A DNA stretch of 64,000 nt from an uncultured Clostridia bacterium (GTDB lineage Bacteria > Bacillota > Clostridia > TANB77 > CAG-508), in contig CANPFR010000002.1 in NCBI GenBank assembly GCA_947573445.1, positions 42,675 to 106,674 of the forward strand, read 5' to 3'. Shown here in pieces: positions 11,601 through 22,542 of this stretch. How positions within the stretch are numbered: position 1 is the first letter of the stretch; every line of letters starts with the position of its first letter. The notes below the pieces were generated by a model, which was not told where the DNA came from, did not search any database, and saw only the letters and a program-made list of their open reading frames with translations. A program made the translations under genes and the position numbers.

Positions 11601-12176
11601 TCACTCCTCCTTTTCTTCAAACCATTTAGCAAATACTTTTAAAGCCTCTTGTGAACCATCTATTTTTCGCCTTTCTTCTCTTTCTATTTCTGTCATTTGT
11701 GCTAAAGTTTTGTCAAAATATTGGGGCTGAAAAATATACCATAAATCAGACCATTTTTCTTTTCTGTCTTGTCCATCCATTTGATTGGTTAAAGTTCCTG
11801 GATGATTGCCATAAAAATAACGAATTTCATGTCCATCATAATAAGCTAAACATTCTTCAAATCGACAATTTCTGTTTTCTTGCCCTTCCATCAATTTCAA
11901 AATTCCAGCCACCCCAATTGTATCTAATGAAAAATTCACAAATGTCTTGGGAAAACCATTTAAAGCCTCTATAAAAAAACCTGTATCTAATGCAATGCAT
12001 GGCCTTTGAACAATCTGATACGCTTGTTTTACTTTCGCAGTTGCAATTTCTTTTAAATCTTCACTTCTCGGTTCATCTAACTCGAAATCATAAGTAGTAA
12101 ATTTTATATTCTGAAAATATTTTTCTGCTGATTTTGCCTTCCCTTTATTATGTGTCACAAAAACAATTTCCTCCAT
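11601..12176 (-). CDS. non-canonical purine NTP pyrophosphatase (Ham1/RdgB family)
   Basis: 191 aa with VFVTHNKGKAKSAEKYF... and the overall Ham1 fold motifs. Confidence 0.75.
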   Translation of the reverse strand: MEEIVFVTHNKGKAKSAEKYFQNIKFTTYDFELDEPRSEDLKEIATAKVKQAYQIVQRPCIALDTGFFIEALNGFPKTFVNFSLDTIGVAGILKLMEGQENRNCRFEECLAYYDGHEIRYFYGNHPGTLTNQMDGQDRKEKWSDLWYIFQPQYFDKTLAQMTEIEREERRKIDGSQEALKVFAKWFEEKEE

Positions 12177-12339
12177 ATCGATGCCTCCTCATTCTATAAA
12201 TATTCTACGCTATCTTCAAACGTATCAAATCCACTTTCAGAATTGATGTGTCTAGCATTGGGAATAAAAAAATCGTGTAACCAGCCAAGTCAGTTTGAAT
12301 ATAGGCTACTAAATAAATCATGGATTAAAAAATACTTTT

Positions 12340-13516
12340 TCATTCTTTCCCATCCAATATCGCATCTGCCAACTCTTCTAATTTCTTATGTGATTCTTCA
12401 TTTAATTTAGATTTTATTGTAACCATTGGTTCACAAATGGTTATTTCTTTCATATCCTCTAGCATTGATTTCATACATTTTCCAGCCATTGGTGCCCAAG
12501 TTCCATTTTCTATCATTCCAATTTTACGATTTTGATAATTTTTATCTTTCAAATGATGTAAAAATTCCTTCATTGGTGGAAATATATTTGCATCATAGGT
12601 TGAAGCAGCTAAAATCATTTTGTCATAACGAAAGGCATCCTCAATTGATTCTGCCATGTCATCTCTTGCTAAATCTGTGATAACAACTTTTTTGGCTCCC
12701 TTCTTCTTTAAAATTTCTGCTAATTCCTCAGCAGCTTCTGCTGTATTTCCATGAATTGAAGCATAAGCAATCAAAACCCCTTCATCTTCAGGAATATATT
12801 GGCTCCAAATATTATATTTTTCCATATAATATTCTAAATTTTCCTTCAAAATTGGCCCATGTAATGGACAAATCATATTGACGTCTAAACTTGCCAATTT
12901 TTTCAGCAAACTTTGCACTTGCATTCCATATTTTCCGTACTATATTAAAATAATATCTTCTAGCCTCACATGTCCAATCTTCATCTGTATCGAGTGTTCC
13001 AAATTTCCCAAATCCGTCTGCTGAAAATACAATTTTATCAGTTTTTTCATAAGTTACCATGACTTCTGGCCAATGCACCATTGGTGCCATAAAAAATTGT
13101 AAAGTATGTTTTCCAATTGTTAACGTTTCTCCTTCTTTTACTACCAATTTTCTTGCCTCTAAATCTGGTATATCAAAAAATTGGGGTAAAAAAGCAAATG
13201 TCTTTTCATTTCCAACCAATTGCATATGTGGGTATTTTCTAGCTAAAAGTTCTATATTGTAAGCATGATCTGGTTCTAAATGTGATATTACTAAATAATC
13301 TGGCTTTTCTCCTATTAAAGCATTTTCTAAATTTTGCAACCATTCTTCTGTTTTTCTTTTGTCAATTGTATCCATTACTACATTTTTTTCGTCTTTGATT
13401 AAATATGAATTATAAGATATTCCATTTGGAACAAGGTATTGACTCTCAAATAAATCAATGTCTTTATCATCTGCTCCAAGATAGAAAATATTTTCTAAAA
13501 TTGTTCTTTCTTTCAT
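12340..13516 (-). CDS. fprA: flavodiiron protein (FprA-type, metallo-beta-lactamase + flavodoxin domains), interrupted at in-frame CGG 12935-12937
   Basis: The 12812..13516 ORF carries the MBL domain (HLEPDH) and the 12340..12924 ORF the flavodoxin domain. Skipping C in gta C gga gives ...RYYFNIV-GKYGMQVQSLLKKLASLDVNMICPLHGPI, which matches the FprA linker in length and motif. Confidence 0.7.
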
Positions 13517-13578
13517 ATTTTGCCTCCTTCTACCTTTTGCTTTATTTTACACTACTGTTCCATAATTTTCAAGCACTT

Positions 13579-15202
13579 TTATGCAATTTTTTGGGATATT
13601 TTTCTCATTTCTCTAGCATTTTGCAACGATGTCTCTGTGATTTCTCCATTTGAAATCCTAGCAATTTCGTGAATGGTTTGTTCTTCATTTAACTGATGAA
13701 TATAAGTTTTTGTAGTATTATTTTCACTGCTTTTGAAAATATAATAGTTATAGTCTCCTTTAGCTGCAATGGTCGCCAAATGAGTAATACAAATCACTTG
13801 ATGATGTTTTGCAATTTTCTTCATCTTTTCACCTGTACTATTGGCCGCAATTCCGCTAATTCCTGTATCAATTTCATCAAAAACCAAAATTGGTGTTTGA
13901 TCTACCTCTGCTAAAACTGTTTTTATCGCAAGCATAACTCGTGACATTTCTCCACCTGACGCTATTTTTACCAAAGATTTTTTTTCATCTCCTTGATTCG
14001 TAGAAATTAAGAATTCCACTTTATTTACTCCATTTTCATTAAATTTTCCCTCTTCTATCCATGTTACCTTTACTTCAAATTCTGCCTTTTTCATTTCTAG
14101 TTCTTTTAATTCTTTTGTTATTTCATTTGATAGTTGTTGAGCATATTTTATGCGTATATCATTCATTTTTTTAGCAATTTTTAACATTTCACTTTCTCGT
14201 TTTTCTAATTTTTCTTTTAAATCTGAAATATAAGTTTCTAAATTGGTGATTGTCAAAATTTCTGTTTTTACTTTTTCCTTGTAAGCTAGTATTTGTGCAA
14301 TATTATTTCCATATTTTCTTTTTAAAGAATGAATCAAATCTAATCTTTCTTCCAGTTTATTTTGCTCTTCTTGATCAAAATAAACTTCTTCCCCAAATAA
14401 ATCTCTGGAGGCTTCTTGCATTTCATAATAACAGTTTTTTAGTCTAGTAACCAGATTCGAATAAGTTTGATTATAATCCTCAATTTTTTCAAGTGCTCGT
14501 ATGGCATTATTAAGTCCATCTATGGAATTGTTATCAATTTCACATTGAGCTTCTTTTAAGTTGGTTGCTATTTTCTCGGAAGCTAACATGATTTTCCTTT
14601 GCTCTTCTAGTTCTTCCTCTTCTTTTTCTTTTAAATTCGCCTCTTCAATTTCATTCAACTGATAATTTAGTAAATCTAACTTTCGTTGTTTTTCTAAATC
14701 ATCTCCATAATTTAAATTCAGTTCTTTTTTCAAAGCCAAGTAGTCTTTATACATTTTTTGATACTCGTCTTTAAGATTAGCTATCTCCTGGTTAGCATAG
14801 CCATCTAATAATTCGATATGTTTATTTAAATCTAAAATAGTTTGATTATCATTTTGTCCATGAATATCCATGACATTTTTCATAAAATCCCTTAATTCTG
14901 TGACAGTCACAAGCCTTCCATTAATCTTGCAAATATTTTTTCCACTTTGATTAATTTCTCTTGAAACAATTACATGATCTTCAAACTGGGACAAACAGAT
15001 TGACATTTCCACAAATGAATTTTTCTCTCCAGTTCGCATCATTTCTTTGGAAAATCTCTCTCCTGATAAAATTTTCAAAGCTCCAATAATAAGTGTTTTT
15101 CCGAGCTCCTGTTTCACCCGTTAAAACATTAAATCCCTCATTTAAATGAATGGTTAAATCATCAATAATTCCTATATTTTTTATATGCAACAAATGAATC
15201 AT
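13579..15202 (-). CDS. recN: DNA repair protein RecN, interrupted at in-frame CGG 15101-15103 inside Walker A
   Basis: The N-terminal ORF reads MIHLLHIKNIGIIDDL...LTGETGA then CGG. The +1 frame continues GKTLIIGALKILSGERF..., restoring the P-loop GETGAGKT. SMC-like coiled coil and C-terminal signature follow. Confidence 0.8.
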
Positions 15203-15323
15203 ACAAACCTCCTACCAAAAATATGTTTGTTAACTGGATTGTATCAAACTTTTGTTTTGTTGTCAATACATTTGTTCGTAGTTTTCGAAAATTTTTTATC
15301 TTATCTCTAATCAAGTGCTCAAA

Positions 15324-16226
15324 CTACCACTCCAACTTTGTAAATTTATTGGTTCTATCATATGCTATTTTAAATAAGTTCAATTGATTTAAATTTTGCT
15401 TTTTCTTATATTTTCCATACGTTGCAAAACAAAAATTAGCCATATACATAAACAAAATTTGTTTGTCTAGATTTTTTCTTTGCAATTCAAATCCAGCCAG
15501 AATTCCTTTTTGAAAAGCTAAATTACATGCTCCACTTTTTCCTTCTTGGTATCCCCCAATTGCCCAGCAAATCATATTAAAAATGTCATAATTATATTCC
15601 ATACTTTCAATATCAATTATATAAATCTTCTCTTTATCTAGCATGATATTTCCAAGCTTGATATCAGTATGCACAAAACACTTATCTTTTTCATCAAAAT
15701 ATTGTATGTAATCTGTCATTTTTTCTTTTATATCTTGTACTTCCTTCTTATTAAAATAACGGCAAACAACTTCTTCTGGTACAAGCTCTAATAACGCAAT
15801 CCATTCTTGCACTTTATCAGATAAATTAAATTTATCTATGTACTTTGCCTCCCATTTTATTTGCTTTATTTGTTTTAATTTTTCTCCTACTTTTTGTCCC
15901 ACTTCATAAAAATAGGAGGGCTCTTTTTGGTCTATAAAAGAACTCAAATTGACTCCATCAATCCAGTCATAAATGCAAAAATATCGCTCCTGTTGGGGTA
16001 GATTGCCACATTCCACCAAATGAACGGTATCAACTCCACTTTTGTGATAGATTTCCAATATTTCTTGTAACCTTTCAAGATCATTTTTTCGACTTTGCAA
16101 AACTTTTAAAAAATAAACCTCATCCTTTTTCATGATTTTATAAGTCAATGCACCTGAAAATCCCCCTGGAACCACTTCTATTTTATCTTCTTTTTTTATA
16201 AAACTTATCTGCTCTAATTCAGACAT
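15324..16226 (-). CDS. aminoglycoside/choline-kinase-like phosphotransferase (APH family)
   Basis: Catalytic HTDIKLGNIM and IIDIES motifs. 300 aa. Confidence 0.6.
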   Translation of the reverse strand: MSELEQISFIKKEDKIEVVPGGFSGALTYKIMKKDEVYFLKVLQSRKNDLERLQEILEIYHKSGVDTVHLVECGNLPQQERYFCIYDWIDGVNLSSFIDQKEPSYFYEVGQKVGEKLKQIKQIKWEAKYIDKFNLSDKVQEWIALLELVPEEVVCRYFNKKEVQDIKEKMTDYIQYFDEKDKCFVHTDIKLGNIMLDKEKIYIIDIESMEYNYDIFNMICWAIGGYQEGKSGACNLAFQKGILAGFELQRKNLDKQILFMYMANFCFATYGKYKKKQNLNQLNLFKIAYDRTNKFTKLEW

Positions 16227-16566
16227 TATATCACCCCATTTAGCATTTTTTACAAAATACTTCTATTTTGTCTATTTCTACATCAATAACTACCATTTTA
16301 CTTTCTTCCTTCTCTCTTTTTTCAAATCATACCACAAAAATCCATTTTTTACAATCATTTTAACAAAAAATAGAGTAATCTCGTTACTCTATCTCAAAAA
16401 TCTTATCCCTTCTCTATGAAGTTCTAAAGCATGTTTTTAGCCATTTTCAATTTTTAGACAAAAACAACTACTTTTTCACTAAGTCTGCCTTAAAATGGCT
16501 CCTGTTTGTTTTTAGAGGCACAAAATCATGTGGTGTCATGTTTTTATGTTTATTTGTTATTGTAAA

Positions 16567-17112
16567 TTACTGATTACTCTTCTGCTGTTTTCTTTCCATC
16601 CAATACCCAATCACCGAACTTATTAGCAAAATCGCCTCCAAAATCACACCAAAAATCGACTTTACATATGCATTATAACAAACCCACAAAATTCCAATCG
16701 GAATTCCACACAATTTATAAACCAATGTCTTCTTCTGCCAAACAGAATAGGTATACAACATCGTCGCAAATACAGATAACAAACTCCAAAAATCTTCATA
16801 TGTAAAATATGTCACCACACCAATTGCAAAATAAATCACCAACAATACAACAACATCTTTTATCTTATTTTCCTCATGGTTCCCCTTCTTCTCATCTACT
16901 AAAAAATAAGCATTCCTTGCAATAGCAACTACACACATCGCAACTCCTGTCCCCGCATTTAACAAAACATAGGCCAATAAATTAGCAACAATTGACAAAA
17001 AACTAATCACCAAAACCTTTTTGCGACTTTTCACATAATAAGTCATTACAAGTAAAGCATAAGTCAAAATTGTAAAAATCTGCGAACCAACATACACCAG
17101 TGTTAATTCCAT
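16567..17112 (-). CDS. multi-pass membrane protein, unknown function
   Basis: About 6 TM helices. Its start overlaps the upstream gene's stop by 10 nt (operonic). Confidence 0.4.
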   Translation of the reverse strand: MELTLVYVGSQIFTILTYALLVMTYYVKSRKKVLVISFLSIVANLLAYVLLNAGTGVAMCVVAIARNAYFLVDEKKGNHEENKIKDVVVLLVIYFAIGVVTYFTYEDFWSLLSVFATMLYTYSVWQKKTLVYKLCGIPIGILWVCYNAYVKSIFGVILEAILLISSVIGYWMERKQQKSNQ

Positions 17113-18002
17113 TCTTTTCCTCCTTCTTCCCTTTCGACTCCACCCAACAATGTCTTATACTTCTTATCAAAAACATTTTTCCTAATACTTTGTTTCAAAT
17201 ATTCTTTCTCTTCTTCTGTCAAACCTGGCACATATTCATGCACATAATACGCAAACTTTGCATTTCCTTTATTCACAACAGCTTTCAACAACTCTTGTTT
17301 GGCCTCCACCTTCACTGATGCTAAATACTCATAACATTGCATAGGATCTCCTAATTCTGCTTGAAGAGCTGTCAAATCACTTATGTTACAATCTTGCTCT
17401 TGATATTCCTGCAAATATTCCAAATAATTTGCTAGTTCTGTTATCAAATGTGGATTTTTAGTAGCTTTCACCTGTTCTTTCAAAGCTAGCACATTTCCCC
17501 TTAAATTTCTAAATTCCTTTAAAGAAACTGGATACCAATCAAATTGCTTAGCTGCCTCCACTTTTTCTTCATAATCTGGATCAATTTCTTTCACTTTTTC
17601 AAAGACCTCTTCATATTCCTCATCTTGCCTAATCAATTCCATATATTTTGCCTGTTTGGACTCTTCTAAACTCTCTAGCATCAATTCCAAATTTGTATCT
17701 GGCACAAAAGCCATACAATAACACATCAACTTTGGATTCTCACTTTCTCGAATTATCCTTTCAAATCTCTCCCTATCAAACCCTGGTACCTTCATATCCA
17801 CTGCCAAAAATAAAAATTCATAAATCTGCACAATATCACCTGTTTTAATGATAGCATTCTCCAACTCTCTCAAATATATCCCATTCAAGCCACCCCTTGT
17901 TTCCTCCAACAAATCGCAGATAGCATAGGCATCTCCATTTTCAATCCTTTTCTCAATTTCAGGATTTCTAATATTCGTAAGTTGTTCCCCAAAATGTTCC
18001 AT
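17103..18002 (-). CDS. acidic hypothetical protein
   Basis: 299 aa, Glu-rich, no recognisable domain. ATGA start/stop overlap with the upstream regulator-like gene. Confidence 0.4.
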   Translation of the reverse strand: MEHFGEQLTNIRNPEIEKRIENGDAYAICDLLEETRGGLNGIYLRELENAIIKTGDIVQIYEFLFLAVDMKVPGFDRERFERIIRESENPKLMCYCMAFVPDTNLELMLESLEESKQAKYMELIRQDEEYEEVFEKVKEIDPDYEEKVEAAKQFDWYPVSLKEFRNLRGNVLALKEQVKATKNPHLITELANYLEYLQEYQEQDCNISDLTALQAELGDPMQCYEYLASVKVEAKQELLKAVVNKGNAKFAYYVHEYVPGLTEEEKEYLKQSIRKNVFDKKYKTLLGGVEREEGGKEWN

Positions 18003-19243
18003 TATTTTAAAACCTCCTTTAATTCTTTCGCATACACTTTTAATCTCTCAAAACATTCATATGCCTTTCTCACTTCTCTTTTGTTTCGACTAATATAACC
18101 TCTTCCTTCGTTTTCGCTCGGCAAATCTACCATTACTATTTCCTGATCCACACCATCCCAGCCATCTTTCACAATTTCTAGTAACTTTGGTTCTTTCTCC
18201 AGAATTTCATGATAATCCACAAACATTGTATGAATATGACTCTGCATATACACTTTCATGGTTTTATTTTTCTTAAATTTCTGAATCTCACTCTTACGAA
18301 AAATAAAAATTCTCTCCATATTCATGCATCGATTAGCTGCCTCTAAATTGACCTTTCTAAAATTCATCTCAAGTGGTTCCTCTGTCCATTCATCTTCTAA
18401 CATCATGGAAGCACTCCAAAAATGTGAATCCTTCGCTAGTCTCCTTAACTGTTCATTAAGTGCCCTATAAAAAATTCCTTTCTCCAACACTTCTGTTCTT
18501 CCCATTTCATCAAATGCCAAATAACCACCATCTGTTGTAATTGAAATACCTGTCGTATTTTTAAAATCCGTCAACAATCGATAAACATCTTTTGCAATTG
18601 TATCATAATTTACCAAGCCTTGATTTGATACTGGAAACACCATTTGAAGTGAATTCATGCTTAATCCAATTCTTTGTTTTAAATGGTGAGCCAGTTTCTC
18701 TTCCAATTTGAACTTTGCATTTTCCTCATTATTCACAAGCACAATGCTAGAATCACTATCCATTTTCTCCGCCAACTTCAAAATAAGCCATTCCTTATTT
18801 TCCATGAATTTCTCACCAGTTTGGTCAGTATCAATAAAAATAAAACCATCATAATATTTGGCTAATTGCCCCATTGTTTTTTCTAATGACTCACGTTTTT
18901 CAAAATCCGTTTCAAAAACACGAACCGATTTCATCTTTGGGAGTTTCAGTATCGCCTTTTTCGCATCAATTCCATCTATTAAATATCCTTGTTTTTCTAA
19001 TAGATTCATTAAATTCCATCCAATTTCTGTATTCAAATTCGCAATCATGACTCTTTTTTGTACCTCTATGATTTTCGAAATCTCGCTTCTTTTATCCAGT
19101 GGTTTTGCTGTGTTTTCTGGAATCATCCAAGCAATTCCATTCTTTTTAGCTCCCCCGATTCTTCCATCTTGACACAATTTGATAATTCTTCTTTCTGATA
19201 TTCCCCACTTTTCAGAAACCTGTTTTACTGTTAAATCTGCCAT
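18002..19243 (-). CDS. MerR/excisionase-type HTH protein fused to a large uncharacterised C-terminal domain
   Basis: N-terminus LTVKQVSEKWGISERRIIKLCQDGRIGGAKKNGIAWMIP is a helix-turn-helix of the MerR/Xis type. The remaining roughly 350 aa are unrecognised. Confidence 0.5.
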   Translation of the reverse strand: MADLTVKQVSEKWGISERRIIKLCQDGRIGGAKKNGIAWMIPENTAKPLDKRSEISKIIEVQKRVMIANLNTEIGWNLMNLLEKQGYLIDGIDAKKAILKLPKMKSVRVFETDFEKRESLEKTMGQLAKYYDGFIFIDTDQTGEKFMENKEWLILKLAEKMDSDSSIVLVNNEENAKFKLEEKLAHHLKQRIGLSMNSLQMVFPVSNQGLVNYDTIAKDVYRLLTDFKNTTGISITTDGGYLAFDEMGRTEVLEKGIFYRALNEQLRRLAKDSHFWSASMMLEDEWTEEPLEMNFRKVNLEAANRCMNMERIFIFRKSEIQKFKKNKTMKVYMQSHIHTMFVDYHEILEKEPKLLEIVKDGWDGVDQEIVMVDLPSENEGRGYISRNKREVRKAYECFERLKVYAKELKEVLK

Positions 19244-19260
19244 TTTCGCCTCCTTTTTTG

Positions 19261-19324
19261 CATTGTTCCGTTTTCAGAACAATGCATCTTATATTTTTAT
19301 AATATACCATTTTCAGAACAATGT
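19261..19324. promoter_or_regulatory. palindromic operator-like site CATTGTTC-N8-GAACAATG plus a repeated half-site, in the promoter region of the HTH gene
   Basis: Perfect inverted repeat at 19261-19284, and ttttcagaacaatg recurs at 19311-19324, immediately upstream of the 19243 start codon. Confidence 0.35.
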
Positions 19325-19349
19325 CAATATTTTATATTAAAAAAAACAG

Positions 19350-19386
19350 AAATGTTAGTTTCATTTCTGTTTTTCTATTTATCCGT
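19350..19386. terminator. bidirectional rho-independent terminator
   Basis: cagaaatgttagtttcatttctg hairpin flanked by A-runs and T-runs. Confidence 0.45.
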
Positions 19387-19404
19387 TCTTTTCAATCTCC
19401 AAAA

Positions 19405-20688
19405 TTACATACTCAAATCCCATGAATTTCCATTCCAATTCATTTTTACATCTTGTGGCAAACAAACAACTGGACGAATACCATATGTTTTCATATAAGA
19501 ATTATTCACACAAACAGAACCATTATACTTTACTGTCCAAATTCCTGGTATTCCACTTCCTAAAGCTTCCCTATCACTTGCTAACCAATACCCATCTGCC
19601 TTACTATTAGATTGAATCACATACAATGAATCCGAAATATCCTCCAAGTTCCAATCTGACTGATTATAAAACTCACTATAACTAGTTTTATATTTCCCAT
19701 TATAGCTTTTTACAAACTCTTCCAAACTTACGCCTCCTTTGGCCTTAGCTCCAGAGAAACCAGATGCCCATGAATTCCAGCAATTTTCATCACACATCCA
19801 GTCTTTAAAGGCAGTAAGCGTTTCTTTGCTACTATACTCATAAACACCATACATTCCTTGTTTTCTTATCTCTGTACCCGACACCCCAAGAGAATAATTT
19901 AGTTTACTATTTTCAACATAATCTGTTGTTATTAAATAAATATTTTTTTGATCATTTAAAAATATCTTCCAATCTCTTACGTTATTTGCACTATAGTTTA
20001 CCGTTTCTCCATAATTTTCAGGCTGAATGATAGACGTTGCCAAAGCTGGTTGCCAAATAGCATATAAAATCAACATTTCGTCATTTGTATAAATTTCATT
20101 CGGTTGATATACCACTTCTCCATCAGGCACAATTGCCCAACCTTGAAATGTATTTCCTTCTTTCGTTGGAATAATTTCACTTAATATCAAATCTTGTCCC
20201 TCTATTTTAATTTGAGAAGCTGGTCCCCCTTCTCCTCCATTTGTTTCATAGGTTACTGTCCAAGTTTTTTTCGTCTCATTCCCTGTTTGATTATTCCAAG
20301 TAATTTTTCCATTGTCTTCTATGATTCCATCAACAATCCTATTTTGTTCTTCATTTTTATAAACTGTAATCAGCGAATCTTGTGTTTTAATCCAATATCT
20401 TCCTACTTCTTTTCCTTCTGTTAAAGTATCTTTTACATAAGTTCCTGCATTTCCTAATTCTCTTCCATTCCCATACTTTTCTTCATAAAAATCTGCAATA
20501 CAATCTGCCACCAATAATTCTGCTTGTTCTTTTGCACTTTCCACTTCATTTTTATCTGTTGCCACTGTTGCCTTTTTCAAAATTCCATCACTTCCCGTTA
20601 TCAGACTCAAACTAACACCTGCCAAGATTAACAAGACAATAATCGTGATGACTAACGCGATGAGCGTTATACCTTTGCTTTTTCTCAT
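19405..20688 (-). CDS. prepilin-type N-terminal domain protein with Listeria-Bacteroides repeat and C-terminal unknown domain
   Basis: Start MRKSKGITLIALVITIIVLLILAGV after an AAGGAGGAAG RBS (pseudopilin-like G-I-T-L-I motif, with Ala at +5 instead of Glu). The segment TNGGEGGPASQIKIEGQDLILSEIIPTKEGNTFQGWAIVPDGEVVYQPNEIYTNDEMLILYAIWQ resembles a Lis-Bac repeat. Confidence 0.5.
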   Translation of the reverse strand: MRKSKGITLIALVITIIVLLILAGVSLSLITGSDGILKKATVATDKNEVESAKEQAELLVADCIADFYEEKYGNGRELGNAGTYVKDTLTEGKEVGRYWIKTQDSLITVYKNEEQNRIVDGIIEDNGKITWNNQTGNETKKTWTVTYETNGGEGGPASQIKIEGQDLILSEIIPTKEGNTFQGWAIVPDGEVVYQPNEIYTNDEMLILYAIWQPALATSIIQPENYGETVNYSANNVRDWKIFLNDQKNIYLITTDYVENSKLNYSLGVSGTEIRKQGMYGVYEYSSKETLTAFKDWMCDENCWNSWASGFSGAKAKGGVSLEEFVKSYNGKYKTSYSEFYNQSDWNLEDISDSLYVIQSNSKADGYWLASDREALGSGIPGIWTVKYNGSVCVNNSYMKTYGIRPVVCLPQDVKMNWNGNSWDLSM

Positions 20689-20990
20689 TTTTTTACTTCC
20701 TCCTTTGTTTCCTTTACCTTCATTATATCTTTTCCTTTCTGAATACACAATAAAAGGAATGGGTTTTTGTATTTAATTATTTACATAATTTCATATCACT
20801 ATACATCCGTTTTCTTTCATTAGATTCCTAATTTTAAGCCTCCAAACAGACAAAATCCTCTGAGTCCTGCTACTTATTCGTAAAACAACTCGCATCAATG
20901 CTATTAGCATTATGTCTCCATTTCACCAAACGTGGGGCCTCTCTTACGTTAATTTTCTCAAAACTCACTTCATTTTTCTATTTTCTTGAT

Positions 20991-21070
20991 CCCTTATGTT
21001 TTTATAGTCTTCTAACGCATCTGGTGGCGTTTTAAGGCGTGTTTATGTGAAAATGAATGATTTTTCATTA
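20991..21070 (+). repeat. dispersed intergenic repeat family 1, copy B
   Basis: cttatgtttttatagtcttctaacgcatctggtggcgttttaaggcgtgtttatgtgaaaatgaatgatttttcatt. Confidence 0.55.
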
Positions 21071-21097
21071 CTTTCTCTTATTTTATATAAAAATTCT

Positions 21098-21526
21098 CTA
21101 TTTCATATAATCTCTAATTTTAAATAATAGCTCATCATCTAATACCTCTATTGAGGAAAAATTGCTTAAAGTATTATTATCTTTCCACTCGATATCAAAT
21201 AAATTTATTTTTTTATCTTTATCGTATCTTGGAAAAGCATGATAATGAATAAAAGGATCTTTCATCATCATAATCATATAATTAAATTTTATTGCTCCAA
21301 ACTTCTCTCTACACAATTCTTCATACCATTTTATTACTTGTGGAAATTCAGCTCCTTCTTCTGGTAACATCCCACCTACATTTTGTGTTTCTCTTTTTAA
21401 TAAAATCACTACATCTCCTAATGTTGTTTGCTTTTGTCTAACACAAACAATCCAATACTTAAAATCTTTTATGCAAAGTTTCTCTGGTCTGAATTTCTTC
21501 ATAAATTCTAAATTTTCCATTTTCAT
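21098..21526 (-). CDS. hypothetical protein (possible HIT-like fold)
   Basis: 142 aa with an HYHAF motif reminiscent of the HIT histidine triad. Weak. Confidence 0.3.
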   Translation of the reverse strand: MKMENLEFMKKFRPEKLCIKDFKYWIVCVRQKQTTLGDVVILLKRETQNVGGMLPEEGAEFPQVIKWYEELCREKFGAIKFNYMIMMMKDPFIHYHAFPRYDKDKKINLFDIEWKDNNTLSNFSSIEVLDDELLFKIRDYMK

Positions 21527-21655
21527 ATCTCCCTATAAAATTATTTCTTCAAAATCATTTGGAACATATGTATATTCTTCAATCCTCTTCTTTGCAGATA
21601 TTTCTGAACAAGAACTAGATTCTTTTTTTTGTGCAAATGTAGTTCTGTTAAATAT

Positions 21656-22129
21656 TTATTCATCTACTTCATCCTCCTTAATTTCTCTTTTCATAATTAA
21701 TTCATCATATTCAAATCCCTGTTCTTGATAAATTCTTATTGCTTCTGGATTATCACTTGAAAGTTTTAACTCGATAATATGATTTTTCTTTGCAAATTTA
21801 ATGCATTCTCTTATCAAATTAGTTTGTATCCCTCTTCTTCTATACTCCTTTAATGTGAATACATCACATATATAACCTTCAATTCCACTTTCTACACATT
21901 GTGGCATATATTTTATTACTTGTAATCCACAAGTTGCAACTATTTTATTTTCTATAATCTCTATAAAAAAGAATATATCTTTGTTTAAATGTTCTTCCAA
22001 ATAATTCTTTGTTATTATATAAAATTCTTCATCTTTATTTGGATATAATTCTTTCCAATCATCTTTTTGTTGCATTACTCTTAATTTTGATATTTCTTCT
22101 ATATCTTCATATTTTGCTATTCTAAACAT
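21656..22129 (-). CDS. GNAT family N-acetyltransferase
   Basis: Acetyl-CoA binding motif YRRRGIQTNLIRECIKFAKKNH. 157 aa. Confidence 0.7.
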   Translation of the reverse strand: MFRIAKYEDIEEISKLRVMQQKDDWKELYPNKDEEFYIITKNYLEEHLNKDIFFFIEIIENKIVATCGLQVIKYMPQCVESGIEGYICDVFTLKEYRRRGIQTNLIRECIKFAKKNHIIELKLSSDNPEAIRIYQEQGFEYDELIMKREIKEDEVDE

Positions 22130-22459
22130 AAATTTCTCCTAAACTAATATTGATTATGCTAAAATCTTACCATAAAATAACAAAAAAATAAAGCATATAA
22201 CAATATTTTCTATTCTTTTTACCTTATTTCTGCCTTTTCTCTCAAAACTAATAAAATCTTTAAAAACAATAAATTGAGCTATTGTGCCGAATCTTTTAGA
22301 TATAGCACCGATCGACATTCCACAGGGAAGATAACTGCAAATCTAATCTCTATATTTTTAATTTTATTTTCGAACATAAACATAACACTGAAGCTTGAAG
22401 TGACATGGTAACCGAAACTTGTCTGTCATCAAAAAAACTTTACGCAGGTAGTTTAAGGT

Positions 22460-22510
22460 ACTAAAAAATTTTCCCATCCCAAAATAAAATTAGGGTGGGA
22501 AAATTTTTAC
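22460..22510 (-). terminator. rho-independent terminator downstream of pheT
   Basis: ttttcccatccc...gggtgggaaaa hairpin followed by a T-run on the minus strand. Confidence 0.5.
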
Positions 22511-22542
22511 ATTCATTCTACTTGAGCTTACTTTTTTATCTT

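Noticed and set aside
12150-12680. Plus-strand ORFs 12150..12410 and 12426..12680
   Set aside because: They overlap the Ham1 start region and the FprA flavodoxin domain on the opposite strand. No RBS, and low-complexity.
12924-12940. FprA frameshift as a slip in the AAAA homopolymer (cggaaaatat)
   Set aside because: This was my first reading. Aligning to the FprA linker shows the junction is NIV|GKYGMQVQ, exactly at gta C gga. It is the same CGG rule as the other sites, not a poly-A length error.
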